From an uncultured Verrucomicrobiota bacterium (GTDB taxonomy: Bacteria > Verrucomicrobiota > Kiritimatiellia > CAIQIC01 > Lenti-01), in the NCBI GenBank assembly GCA_938003985.1, contig CALKWZ010000022.1:3749-67748 (forward strand): a DNA stretch of 64,000 bases, read 5' to 3'. Of this stretch, positions 36,881 through 46,015 are shown in pieces. The translations under genes were made by a program, and so were the position numbers. Below the pieces are notes generated by a model, which did not search any database, was not told where the DNA came from, and was given only the letters and a program-made list of their open reading frames with translations. Every line of letters starts with the position of its first letter. Positions within the stretch are counted from its first letter, which is position 1.

Positions 36881-38668
36881 ATGAAGATGCGGACACATAC
36901 TTGCGGGCAGCTGCGCCCCGCCGACGCGGGCGCGAAAGTGGAACTGTGCGGCTGGGTGGACAGCGTGCGCGACCACGGCGGACTGATTTTCCTCGACCTG
37001 CGCGACCGCTACGGCGTCACGCAGTGCGTGTTCGACCCGCAGGATTCCCAGACCGCGTGGGACGCCGCGCAGGCCTGCCGCGGCGAATTCGTCGTGAAGA
37101 TTTCCGGCGAAGTCCGCCCGCGTCCGGCCGACATGGTCAACGACCGCATCGCCACCGGCGGCATCGAAGTCCGCGGCACCGCCATCGCCGTGCTCAACAA
37201 GGCCCTCGTGCCGCCGTTCCCGCTCGACGACCGCAGCGCGGAACACGTCGCCGAAGACCTGCGCCTCGAATTCCGCTACCTCGACCTGCGCCGGACCGCC
37301 ATGCAGCAGGCGCTCTTCCTGCGCCACCGCCTGATCCAGACGGCGCGGAACTACTTCGACGAAAACCAGTTCATGGAGATCGAAACGCCGATCCTCACCA
37401 AGAGCACGCCCGAAGGCGCCCGCGACTACCTCGTGCCCAGCCGCGTTTCGCCCGGCATGTTCTACGCCCTGCCGCAGGCCCCGCAGCAGTACAAGCAGCT
37501 GCTGATGATGTCCGGCATGGACCGCTACGTGCAGATCGCCCGCTGCTTCCGCGACGAAGACCTGCGCGCCGACCGCCAGCCGGAATTCACCCAGATCGAC
37601 ATCGAAATGTCGTTCGTCACCGCCGACGACGTCATCGAAACCGTCGACGGCCTGATCGTGCGCCTGATGCAGGCCGCGAACCTGCCCGCGCCGGAACTGC
37701 CGCTGCCGCGCATGACCTACCGCGAGGCCATGGACCGCTACGGCAGCGACAAGCCCGACCTGCGCTTCGGCATGGAGATCGTGGACCTCGCCGACGTCTT
37801 CAAGGGCACCCAGTTCAAGGTGTTCGCCCGCGCGCTGGAAGGCGGCGGCGCGGTCAAGGCCATCAACGCCAAGGGTCTCGCCCATGCGCCCATCAAGATG
37901 GTGGAGGAGGACTGGACGGGGCTCGCCAAGGAAGGCGGCCTCGGCGGCCTGGCCTACATCCGCGTGCAGGAAGACGGCACCTGGAAGTCGCCCATCGTCA
38001 AGTTCTTCACCGACGCCGAAAAGGTCGGCCTCGAAACCGCGCTGGGCATCCAGCCCGGCGATCTCGTGCTGTTCGGCGCCGACAAGGCCGAAAAGGTCCT
38101 GCCGGTCCTCGGCCGCATCCGCCTGCTGGCGGGCGCGCACGCCGGCATCATCCCGCAGGACGTCTACAAGTTCACCTGGGTCGTCGATTTCCCGCTGTTC
38201 GAGCGCACCGACGAAGGCACCCTCGCCAGCGTGCACCATCCGTTCACCTCGCCGATGCCGGAAGACGTGCCGCTGCTGGATACCGCGCCCGAAAAGGTGC
38301 GCGCGCAGGCCTACGACATCGTCCTCAACGGCACCGAACTCGGCGGCGGCAGCATCCGCATCCACGATCCCGCCTTCCAGGCGCGGATGTTCCAGATCCT
38401 CGGCCTGCCCGAGTCGGAAATCAAATCGCGCTTCAGCCATCTGATCCGCGCGCTGGAATACGGCACGCCGCCCCACGGCGGCCTCGCCATCGGCGCCGAT
38501 CGCCTCGTGATGCTGCTGGCCGGTCGCCACAGCATCCGCGACGTCATCGCCTTCCCGAAGACCCAGAAGGCCATGGACCTGATGATGAACGCGCCGTCCA
38601 CCGTGGACGACAAGCAGCTGCGCGACATCCACATCAAGTTGGCCGTGGCGCCCAAGGCCGAAGCCTGA
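36881..38668 (+). CDS. aspS: aspartate--tRNA ligase
   Basis: N-terminal OB anticodon-binding domain, class II motifs (FRDEDLRADRQPEFTQID; GGGSIRIHD; GLAIGADR), GAD insertion domain. Confidence 0.95.
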   Translation: MKMRTHTCGQLRPADAGAKVELCGWVDSVRDHGGLIFLDLRDRYGVTQCVFDPQDSQTAWDAAQACRGEFVVKISGEVRPRPADMVNDRIATGGIEVRGTAIAVLNKALVPPFPLDDRSAEHVAEDLRLEFRYLDLRRTAMQQALFLRHRLIQTARNYFDENQFMEIETPILTKSTPEGARDYLVPSRVSPGMFYALPQAPQQYKQLLMMSGMDRYVQIARCFRDEDLRADRQPEFTQIDIEMSFVTADDVIETVDGLIVRLMQAANLPAPELPLPRMTYREAMDRYGSDKPDLRFGMEIVDLADVFKGTQFKVFARALEGGGAVKAINAKGLAHAPIKMVEEDWTGLAKEGGLGGLAYIRVQEDGTWKSPIVKFFTDAEKVGLETALGIQPGDLVLFGADKAEKVLPVLGRIRLLAGAHAGIIPQDVYKFTWVVDFPLFERTDEGTLASVHHPFTSPMPEDVPLLDTAPEKVRAQAYDIVLNGTELGGGSIRIHDPAFQARMFQILGLPESEIKSRFSHLIRALEYGTPPHGGLAIGADRLVMLLAGRHSIRDVIAFPKTQKAMDLMMNAPSTVDDKQLRDIHIKLAVAPKAEA

Positions 38669-38692
38669 TCCCCGAGACCGGGAAGGCGCCGC

Positions 38693-39478
38693 ATGGGCTC
38701 GCAGGCGGAATTGGCGTTCCATGCCGTCCGCTTCGGCTATGAGGCGGACGGCTGGCAACTGCGCATTCCGGCGCTCGCGCTGGGCCGCGAACCGCTCTGC
38801 GGCATCGTGGGCCCGAACGGTTCCGGCAAAAGCACGCTCCTGAAACTTGCCGCGGGCCTGCTTGCGCCGGGGGCGGGCGCGGTGGACCTCGATGGCCGCT
38901 CCGTGGCGCGCATGCGCCGCGCCGATCTCGCGCGCCGGCTCGGATATTTGCCGCAGGAATGCCCCGCGCTGTTCGATTACGCCGTCGAGCAAGTCGTCGC
39001 GCTGGGCCGCCACGCGCACGGCGGGACGCTGGATCTCGCGACCGCCGCCGATCGCGACGCCGTCGCGCGCGCCTTGGCCGACGTCGGCTTGGAAGCCCTG
39101 CGGCATCGTCCGCTCTCGCATCTCTCCGGCGGCGAGCGCCGCCGCGCGTGGCTGGCGTCCGCGCTGGCCCAGGAACCGGAAATCCTGCTCCTCGACGAAC
39201 CCACGCAGGCGCTCGATCTGCATCAGGCCGCCGCCGTCATGGAAATTCTGGCCCGCCGCGCCGCGAATGGACTACGCGTGGTCGCCGTGATGCACGATTT
39301 GAACCTCGCCGGCCTGTTTTGCGACCGTTTGGTGCTCGTGCAGGCCGGCGAAATCGCCGCGGATGGCCCGCCGGCCGAAATTCTGACCGAAAATCGCCTC
39401 TTGGCGGCCTACGGCGACAAAATCGAGGTCCTCCGGCGCCCCGAATCGCAAAATCCGATCGTTTTGGCGAAAAAATGA
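38693..39478 (+). CDS. ABC transporter ATP-binding protein (FecE/HmuV/BtuD-like iron-chelate/B12 type)
   Basis: Walker A GPNGSGKST, signature LSGGERRR, Walker B LLLDEPT, H-loop. Confidence 0.85.
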   Translation: MGSQAELAFHAVRFGYEADGWQLRIPALALGREPLCGIVGPNGSGKSTLLKLAAGLLAPGAGAVDLDGRSVARMRRADLARRLGYLPQECPALFDYAVEQVVALGRHAHGGTLDLATAADRDAVARALADVGLEALRHRPLSHLSGGERRRAWLASALAQEPEILLLDEPTQALDLHQAAAVMEILARRAANGLRVVAVMHDLNLAGLFCDRLVLVQAGEIAADGPPAEILTENRLLAAYGDKIEVLRRPESQNPIVLAKK

Positions 39479-39587
39479 GAGAAAACAGGATTCAGAATCC
39501 AGAATTCAGGATTCAGAATGAGAATCGGACATGAAAAATTCAACGATTCTGAATTCTGACTCCTGAATACTGAATACCTTGCGAAAA
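39479..39587. repeat. AT-rich long imperfect hairpin of CAGGATTCAGAAT / ATTCTGAAT units between ABC ATPase and permease genes
   Basis: acaggattcagaatccagaattcaggattcagaatgagaatcg ... cgattctgaattctgactcctgaatactgaatacc; arms are reverse complements; about 35% GC. Confidence 0.75.
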
Positions 39588-40571
39588 ATGGCTAAAAAAT
39601 CGAAAATTTATGCCTTTTTGGCCGTTTTTGCGGTGTTTTTGGCCGTTTTTCCGTGGATCGGGGCCGAAAAACTGAGTTTTCGGCAGGTTTTCGGGTTTGT
39701 CGTCGGCGATTGGACCGCCGACGGCATGATTTTCTTCCAGATCCGTTTCCCGCGCGTCCTGCTGGGACTGTTGGCCGGCGGGGCGCTGGCGATGGCCGGC
39801 GCGGCGTTGCAGGTGATTTTCCGCAATCCGCTGGCCGAACCCTGGACGCTGGGCATCGCCGGGGGCGCAAGCCTCGGCGCGTTCCTGGCGCGGGTTTGTC
39901 CGTTCCTGTGGTTCGCGCTGGGGCCGCTGAACACCGCGCAGGCGCTGGCCTTGCTGGGTGCGGCCGCCGCGCTGGGCCTCGTCCTGTCGCTCGCGCGGCG
40001 TTCGGCGACCGGCGCGCAGACGTTGCTGTTGGCGGGCGTGACGCTGGGCGTCGTTTGCGGCGGGGCCATCATGGTCATCAGCGGTTTCATTTCGCCGTGG
40101 AAGCTCGCCGAATTCCATCGCTGGCTGCTGGGCGGGCTCGATGCGGCGGATTGGGCGTCCGTCGGCGCCTTGGCGGCGCTGGCCGTGCCGGGCGTCGCGC
40201 TCCTGCTGGTCCAGGCGCGGAACCTGAATCCGCTGGGGCTCGGCGAAGACATGGCGGCGGGGCAGGGCGTGGACGTCGCGCGCGTGCGCCGCTGGACGGC
40301 CATCGGTGCGGGGCTCGCCTCCGCCGGCGTGGCGGCCGTGGCCGGCCCCATCGGCTTCGTCGGTTTGCTCGCGCCGCACGCCGTGCGCAAGATCGTCGGC
40401 CCCGATGCGCGCCTCGTGTTGCCGTGTTCGTTTTTGTTCGGCGGCGCGCTGCTGGCCGCGTGCGATGCCCTCGGCCGCTGGGCCGCCGCGCCCCTCGAAG
40501 TGCCCGTCGGCGCCCTGACCGCCGTCCTCGGCGGCCCGCTCTTCCTGGCCCTGCTGGCCCGCCGGCGCTGA
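39588..40571 (+). CDS. ABC transporter permease, FecCD/BtuC/HmuU family
   Basis: FecCD-family helices and motifs (RVLLGLLAGGALAMAGAALQ, LGLGEDMAAGQGVDV). ATG 39588 (the track's TTG 39579 is 9 nt upstream). Confidence 0.85.
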   Translation: MAKKSKIYAFLAVFAVFLAVFPWIGAEKLSFRQVFGFVVGDWTADGMIFFQIRFPRVLLGLLAGGALAMAGAALQVIFRNPLAEPWTLGIAGGASLGAFLARVCPFLWFALGPLNTAQALALLGAAAALGLVLSLARRSATGAQTLLLAGVTLGVVCGGAIMVISGFISPWKLAEFHRWLLGGLDAADWASVGALAALAVPGVALLLVQARNLNPLGLGEDMAAGQGVDVARVRRWTAIGAGLASAGVAAVAGPIGFVGLLAPHAVRKIVGPDARLVLPCSFLFGGALLAACDALGRWAAAPLEVPVGALTAVLGGPLFLALLARRR

Positions 40572-40614
40572 AGCCCGAAAACGCTTGTTTGCGCTGGGGC
40601 GCGCTGGCATCCTG

Positions 40615-41412
40615 ATGCCCATGAATCCGTTCGAGCATTTCATCCTGACGCGTTTCAACGTGCCGCTGAAAGCGGAGTTGCCGGCCGGAGAAAAACCCGG
40701 ACCGCACCGCGGGATCGATCCCGGCTGGCTGACGCGCCGGTTCGATCTGTTCGAGCGCGTGTGCCTGCCGTCCCTCCAGCGCCAGACCCAGGGCGCCTTC
40801 CAATGGCTGGTGTTCGTGGATTGGGCCACGCCGGTCGCCTTCAAGGAGCGCATGGCCGCGCTGACCGTCCGCTATGAATTCCTGCGCCCGGTCTACTGCT
40901 CGGGATTCGACGAGGAAATCGCCCTGTCCGAAATCCGCCGCCGCGAGGAACCCGGCAAGATCCGCATCACCACGCGCCTCGACAACGACGACGCGCTGCA
41001 TCCGCGCCTGGTCGAGCTCGTGCAGGAAACGGCGCAGCTGCAACTGGGCGGCCAGGACCTGGCCCGCGGTTTCTTCATCAGTTTTCCCATCGGCTGCTGC
41101 GAGAAGAAAGGCGACTTCTACGTCCGGAGCGAGCCGGACAACGCCTTCCAGAGCTTCGTGTCGGCCCCGGAATGCAACCAGACCGTCATGGGCGCGCCGA
41201 AAACCCTGCCGCGGGTGCTCAAGAACGCCCGCCCGATGTGGTGCCAGGTGATCCACGACGACAACGTGACCGTCGCCTTGAGCGGCGTCTACTGGCCGTG
41301 GGGCGGCAGCAGCGAATTCGCCCCGGGCATCACCAACGGATTTTGCCGCGACGTGTTCTGGCAGTGCGCCGAAGTCGTCCGCAGCGCCGCGAAGTATTTC
41401 CTGAAGCGCTGA
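40615..41412 (+). CDS. hypothetical protein, possibly a rhamnosyltransferase-like glycosyltransferase (PF11316-like)
   Basis: N-terminus NPFEHFILTRFNVPL resembles the putative-rhamnosyltransferase family; DxD-like RLDNDDALHP. ATG 40615 or 40621. Confidence 0.45.
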   Translation: MPMNPFEHFILTRFNVPLKAELPAGEKPGPHRGIDPGWLTRRFDLFERVCLPSLQRQTQGAFQWLVFVDWATPVAFKERMAALTVRYEFLRPVYCSGFDEEIALSEIRRREEPGKIRITTRLDNDDALHPRLVELVQETAQLQLGGQDLARGFFISFPIGCCEKKGDFYVRSEPDNAFQSFVSAPECNQTVMGAPKTLPRVLKNARPMWCQVIHDDNVTVALSGVYWPWGGSSEFAPGITNGFCRDVFWQCAEVVRSAAKYFLKR

Positions 41413-41488
41413 GGCTTCCTTGTCCCCCCGACGGGGTCGTCGGGGGCTCCAACGGCTGTTTGGAGCCGGCACGACCCCGTGCCGGGAT

Positions 41489-42271
41489 CTATCGCACGGG
41501 GGCGAGGGCGGCGGCGGGGAGCCAGCCGCGCGTTTCGCCGAGTTCGACTTCGACCCAGGTCCCGCGGCTTTCCCGCATCCGGACGATGGCGCCTTCCGGC
41601 ACCGCGAGCAGCGGCGTGGCCGTTTCCAGCGGGCTGGAGAGCACCTTTTGGCCGGCGCCCATCACGACGCCTTCGGGGGTGTGTTCCAAGTCCCGATGCA
41701 GCGCCAGCCCGACGAGCGCGAGCAGCAGCAGCGCCGCCAGAACGGCCGCCGCAGGGCGCGCAACGAACCGGACCCTTGGCCAGGCAATCCAGGCCGCCAG
41801 CGCGCCCGCCAGCAACCAGAAGCAGACGATGCCGAATCCGAGCCATTCCGCGCGGCTGAAATCCAGCAGCAGCGCCGCCAGCGGCTTGCGCGCCGGCAAT
41901 TCGATGCCGGCGGATTGCGCCGCGAAGCCGAGATTGGCGCGGACGTCCGGATCGCGCGGCGCCAGGCGCTGCGCGCGGCGATAGGCCAGGATGGCCTGTC
42001 CGAGATTCCCGTTCCGATAGTACGCGTTGCCGAGGTTGAACAGCGTTTCCGGCTGCGCCTGGCCTTCGTCCACCAGCGCCTGCCAGCCGGCGATCGCGTC
42101 CGGCAGCCGGTTTTCGTCGTAGGCCTTCGCCGCGTCGGCGAACGCCCGCTCGAAGCGCGCTTCGCCTTCCGGCGCGGCCAACGCGGTCGTCGCAGCCAGC
42201 AAGAAAGCTCCCAGCAACCGGCGGATCCCATTCTGAATCCTGAATCCTGAATCCTGAATTCTTGTTTTCAC
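41489..42271 (-). CDS. batE: BatE-like protein (signal peptide, TPR repeats, TM helix, C-terminal SH3b domain)
   Basis: TPR region (ETLFNLGNAYYRNGNLGQAILAYRRAQRLAPRD), SH3b-like C-terminus (GAIVRMRESRGTWVEVELGETRGWLPAAAL). GTG 42271 overlaps batD stop (GTGA). The N-terminal n-region KTRIQDSGFRIQNGIRR is encoded by the GATTCAG repeat. Confidence 0.65.
   Translation of the reverse strand: MKTRIQDSGFRIQNGIRRLLGAFLLAATTALAAPEGEARFERAFADAAKAYDENRLPDAIAGWQALVDEGQAQPETLFNLGNAYYRNGNLGQAILAYRRAQRLAPRDPDVRANLGFAAQSAGIELPARKPLAALLLDFSRAEWLGFGIVCFWLLAGALAAWIAWPRVRFVARPAAAVLAALLLLALVGLALHRDLEHTPEGVVMGAGQKVLSSPLETATPLLAVPEGAIVRMRESRGTWVEVELGETRGWLPAAALAPVR
42230..42271. repeat. AT-rich direct repeat (CTGAATC x3) at the batD–batE junction
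   Basis: attctgaatcctgaatcctgaatcctgaattcttgttttcac; same unit family as the 39479 and 20905 elements. Confidence 0.75.
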
Positions 42272-44079
42272 AGCTTCACCCTTTCCGCCTTCCGCAGCAG
42301 AGCCGTGACATTGGCAATCCAATTGGCCAGCGCTTCGTGGGAAAGATCGGCCGCGGAGGCGTATCGGATCTGGTCGGAAAGCGCGAAGAACTCCTGCCAT
42401 TTCGCAAGAGAAGTATCGTCGGCTTTCGCGGCGCGGAGTTTTTCGAGGATGAGCGGGGCTTCCACGGCGCCCGGCGGCAGATTGAGGCGGTGGCCGAAAT
42501 AATCCGCGGCGGCGGCGGCCAGCGGCGCGAACACGGCCGCAGGCGCGGCGGATTCCTTCAGCGCGGCTTCGGCCTTGCGCAGATTGGCGCGGGCGCTGCG
42601 CGGCGCCTTCTGGCGGCGGGCGAGGGCGACGTCGGTCGCGAGCCGGTTGCGCCGCCGCGTGGCGAAGAACAAGCCGGCCAGCGCCAGCGGCGCGGCGGCG
42701 TGCACGGCGATCAACAGGGATTTGCGCGCGGCCAGTCCGCCGCCGTTGCGCCAGCGCGCCGGCGCGGGCTTGAGATAGACGATGTCCGTGCCCAGCACGA
42801 GCGATCCGCCGCCCGCGGCGGCCCCGCCGGGCACCTGCAGCAGCAGGGCGCCGGCGCCGTTCTCGGAGGGATGCACCGTCAGCGGGAACGGCCCCGCCGA
42901 AACGGTGCGGTACTGCGCCGCCGCCGGATCGAAGAAGGAAAATTCCAGCGCCGGCAGCTCTTTCAAGGCGTCCGAACGCGGAATGACGACCTGCTCGAAG
43001 ATCTTGGCGCCGCTTTCGGCGGTCGGATCGGGCACGTCGCCGATCTGGCGCGCTTCGTAGGCCTTGAAGAGATCGGCGTCGCGATACGACGGCGGCAGCG
43101 CGGCGGAGATATTGCCCGATCCTTGCAGCCGCAGGGACACGGTGATCGGTTCGCCGACCTTGAGTTCGCGCGGGCGAACGTCCATGGCGAACTCGAACCG
43201 GCCGACGGCGCCGGCATAGCCGGCCGGCCGGCCTTCGGCGGGAATCGAGCGGACGACCAGGTTCGCCGGCGGCACCGGCAGCGTGACGGGCGTGGCGACC
43301 GGCCCGCCGAACGGATCGAAGAAACCGAAGGGATCGCGCCGCTGCTGGCGCTGGTTGGGATCGACCACGCCGACACGCAACGCGGGACGGACGTCGAACG
43401 CGCCGGCGGTCAGCGCACGCGCCTTGGCCCGGAACCGCCGCAGGTTGTAGAACTGGCCGCCGACTTCCTCGCGGACCATCTGGAGTTCCTCGAACTGCCC
43501 GATCACGAAGCCCGATTCGGGAAAGCCGCCGAGCAGGTTGACGTCGCGGGTCAGCTCGACGCCGGGGAGGGAATAGATGCCGAGGACGAGGTCGAAGACC
43601 TGGTGGACGTAGGGCGGGTCGGACGGCAGCGTAAGCCGCGCGAAGAGCATCTCGTTGGTCGCCGCGGCGTCGCCGTTCGGCGCGCGGACTTCGAGGGAAA
43701 CCTCGGGAATCTGGATCTGCTCGCCGTTGTAGTCAAGCGTGTAGGGGCCGATGACGAACCGGCCGGGCTTCTGGGCGAACAGGTTGTAGGTCAGGCTGAC
43801 GCGGGAGCCGCCGGTGCCGAATTGCATCTGCTGGCCGGTGCCGGTGATCTGCAGCCCGGGGATCTGGGGAAAATCGACGTTGGGGGCGGTGCGCACGCCG
43901 TGGAACGTGAGGGTGGCCTGCGCGGTTTCGCCGAGGTTCAGCAGCCGCGGCTGGACGTCGAACGACACGTCCGTCGCGCGCGCGGAAAGCGCGAACGCGA
44001 AAACGAGCGCAAAGGCGGCGCTTAGGACCCCAACCGCCTTGTGCGGTTGGTGAACGAGGTCGGGTGCCAGTTCACGCAT
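42268..44079 (-). CDS. batD: BatD-like oxygen-tolerance protein
   Basis: Signal peptide (AVGVLSAAFALVFAFALSARA), BatD-family length and composition, C-terminal TM anchor. ATG 44079 with AGGTGG 4 nt upstream; alternative ATG 44142. Confidence 0.7.
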   Translation of the reverse strand: MRELAPDLVHQPHKAVGVLSAAFALVFAFALSARATDVSFDVQPRLLNLGETAQATLTFHGVRTAPNVDFPQIPGLQITGTGQQMQFGTGGSRVSLTYNLFAQKPGRFVIGPYTLDYNGEQIQIPEVSLEVRAPNGDAAATNEMLFARLTLPSDPPYVHQVFDLVLGIYSLPGVELTRDVNLLGGFPESGFVIGQFEELQMVREEVGGQFYNLRRFRAKARALTAGAFDVRPALRVGVVDPNQRQQRRDPFGFFDPFGGPVATPVTLPVPPANLVVRSIPAEGRPAGYAGAVGRFEFAMDVRPRELKVGEPITVSLRLQGSGNISAALPPSYRDADLFKAYEARQIGDVPDPTAESGAKIFEQVVIPRSDALKELPALEFSFFDPAAAQYRTVSAGPFPLTVHPSENGAGALLLQVPGGAAAGGGSLVLGTDIVYLKPAPARWRNGGGLAARKSLLIAVHAAAPLALAGLFFATRRRNRLATDVALARRQKAPRSARANLRKAEAALKESAAPAAVFAPLAAAAADYFGHRLNLPPGAVEAPLILEKLRAAKADDTSLAKWQEFFALSDQIRYASAADLSHEALANWIANVTALLRKAERVKL

Positions 44080-44171
44080 GCGACCCACCTGATTCACCCG
44101 CGGCGCAAGGCCGCGGGGGTCTGGAATCCAATGGAAGAGCATGGTTCGTACTCTAGCGGGGCGGAGCGCAT

Positions 44172-45005
44172 CTACCAGTCTTTTTCGACGGGGACGGGAC
44201 GCCCGAAGAAGGGATGGAGCCGATCGCGCTGGGATTGTTCCTGCGCCTTCATGGAATCGAGCATCATCGCGGCTTCCTCGGGCGTCATTTCTTCGGATGG
44301 TTTGTCTTCTTTGATCTGCTCCTCCTCCTGTTGCTGGTTTTCTTCGGATGGGTTCTCAGGCTGCGGTTGCGCCTGCGGCTGCTGTTGCTGTTGGTCTTGT
44401 TTCTGGTCCTGCTGTTCCTCCTGTTGTTGGTCCTGGTTCTGCTGATCTTGGTTTTGCTGGTCCTGCTGCTGTTGCTTTTGCTGCTGGATCTGCTGCTGCT
44501 TCAGGACGGCGAGTTCGTAGTTGGCCTTCGCGTCGAGGTCCTGCGGATCGAGCGCGATGGCGTTTTCGTACATCTGGATGGCTTCGGCGACGGACGCTTC
44601 GGCGCCGGCCAGTTCCTGCGTGGACATCGTCGGCAGCGGCATGGCCGGCGCGGCGGCGGGGCCGCCCACCTGGTGGAAGAGGGCGTTACCGCGGTTGTAG
44701 TAGGCCCGCGACTGGAGGCGCAGATCGGATCCCGACGAGGCGCGCGCGAAGGAATCGGCGGCCGCCTTCAGGTCGCCGCCGGCATAGGCGGCCAGCCCCG
44801 CGTTGTAGTAGGCCGCGGCCGGGTCGAGTTTTTCGGCCGGCGCGGCGGCGGCGGCTTCGAGGAACGCATTGCTCGCGGCGGGCCAGTTGCTCGCGGCGAA
44901 CGCCTCCAGCCCCGCGTCGAACGAAGCGCGCGCGGAAGGCTCGGCGGCGCGGACGGAAACCGCGGCCAGGGCGGCGCATGCCGCCAGGGAGAGAAGGCGC
45001 TTCAT
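44172..45005 (-). CDS. batC: BatC-like TPR protein with Gln-rich low-complexity region
   Basis: ATG 45005 (AAGGAG upstream) overlaps batB stop (ATGA). Signal peptide MKRLLSLAACAALAAVSVRA; TPR motifs (AAYYNAGLAAYAGGDLKAA; RAYYNRGNALF); Q-rich tract QQQIQQQKQQQQDQQNQDQQNQDQQQEEQQDQKQDQQQQQ. Confidence 0.7.
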   Translation of the reverse strand: MKRLLSLAACAALAAVSVRAAEPSARASFDAGLEAFAASNWPAASNAFLEAAAAAPAEKLDPAAAYYNAGLAAYAGGDLKAAADSFARASSGSDLRLQSRAYYNRGNALFHQVGGPAAAPAMPLPTMSTQELAGAEASVAEAIQMYENAIALDPQDLDAKANYELAVLKQQQIQQQKQQQQDQQNQDQQNQDQQQEEQQDQKQDQQQQQPQAQPQPENPSEENQQQEEEQIKEDKPSEEMTPEEAAMMLDSMKAQEQSQRDRLHPFFGRPVPVEKDW

Positions 45006-46015
45006 GCGGGCTCCTTTCCGTTGGTTTTCCGCCGATCGCCCAGCAGCGCTTCCCACGCGAGCAGCAGCAGCGCGGCCGCGATGGGCCAGACGAAACGCTC
45101 TTCGTAGATCTTCGCCGTGCGGTTTTCCTGTTCGGAGCGCTTGAGGTTGTCGATGCTTTCATTAAAAACGCGCTCGAGGCCGGTGTCGCCCGGGGCGGAC
45201 CGGACGTAGGTGCCGCCCGTGCCCAGCGCGAGCTTCTGGAGCACGTCTTCCTTGAGGGCCGTTTTGACGATCTGGCCCTGGCGGTCCTTGAAGTAGCCGC
45301 CTTGGTTGTCGCCGGCGGGGACCATTTCGCCTTCGAGCGTGCCGATGCCGATGGTGTAGACGCGGATGCCCTTCTCCTTCAGTTCGGGCAGGAGCGCGAG
45401 CGGATCGCCTTCGTGGTCTTCGCCGTCGGTGATGAGCAATATGACGCGGTCGGCGGTGCGGTCGGCGGGAAAGGCGGCGACGGCGGTTCGCAGCGCCTGT
45501 TCGAGGGCGGTGCCGCCTTTGGGGATGATCCCGGAATAGACGTCGTCGAGCGTCATCGCGAAGGCCGCGTAGTCGATCGTCAGCGGGCACTGGAGGATGG
45601 ACGAACCGGCGAAGGGCACGAGCCCAACGCGGTCGCCGCGCAGGTTGCGCAGCAGGTCGCGGATGCCCCACTTGGCCTGCTGGAGGCGCGTGGGCTTGAT
45701 GTCGGAGGCCATCATCGAGCGCGAGGTGTCGAGCACGACCATCAAATCGAGCCCTCGGCGGCGGACTTCTTCCCAGCGGAAGCCCCACTGCGGGCGGGCG
45801 AGGGCGAGGACCAGCAGCGCGAGTGCCAGCACGCGCAGCACGAGCCGCGATTTGGCGCGCGCCGGATTCCAGGCCGGGGCGAGCACGCCGAGCAGGGCCG
45901 GATCCACGAGCTGCGCGAGCGCGCGGCGCCGGCGGCGCAGCAGCGCGAACAGCGCCCAGGCCAGCGGAATCGCCAGCGGCAGCCAGACCAGAAGCTGGAC
46001 ATGGCCCCACTTCAC
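45002..46015 (-). CDS. batB: BatB-like von Willebrand factor A domain membrane protein
   Basis: Two N-terminal TM helices; VWA MIDAS DTSRSM...G; ILLITDGEDHEG. ATG 46015 overlaps batA stop (ATGA). Confidence 0.8.
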   Translation of the reverse strand: MKWGHVQLLVWLPLAIPLAWALFALLRRRRRALAQLVDPALLGVLAPAWNPARAKSRLVLRVLALALLVLALARPQWGFRWEEVRRRGLDLMVVLDTSRSMMASDIKPTRLQQAKWGIRDLLRNLRGDRVGLVPFAGSSILQCPLTIDYAAFAMTLDDVYSGIIPKGGTALEQALRTAVAAFPADRTADRVILLITDGEDHEGDPLALLPELKEKGIRVYTIGIGTLEGEMVPAGDNQGGYFKDRQGQIVKTALKEDVLQKLALGTGGTYVRSAPGDTGLERVFNESIDNLKRSEQENRTAKIYEERFVWPIAAALLLLAWEALLGDRRKTNGKEPA

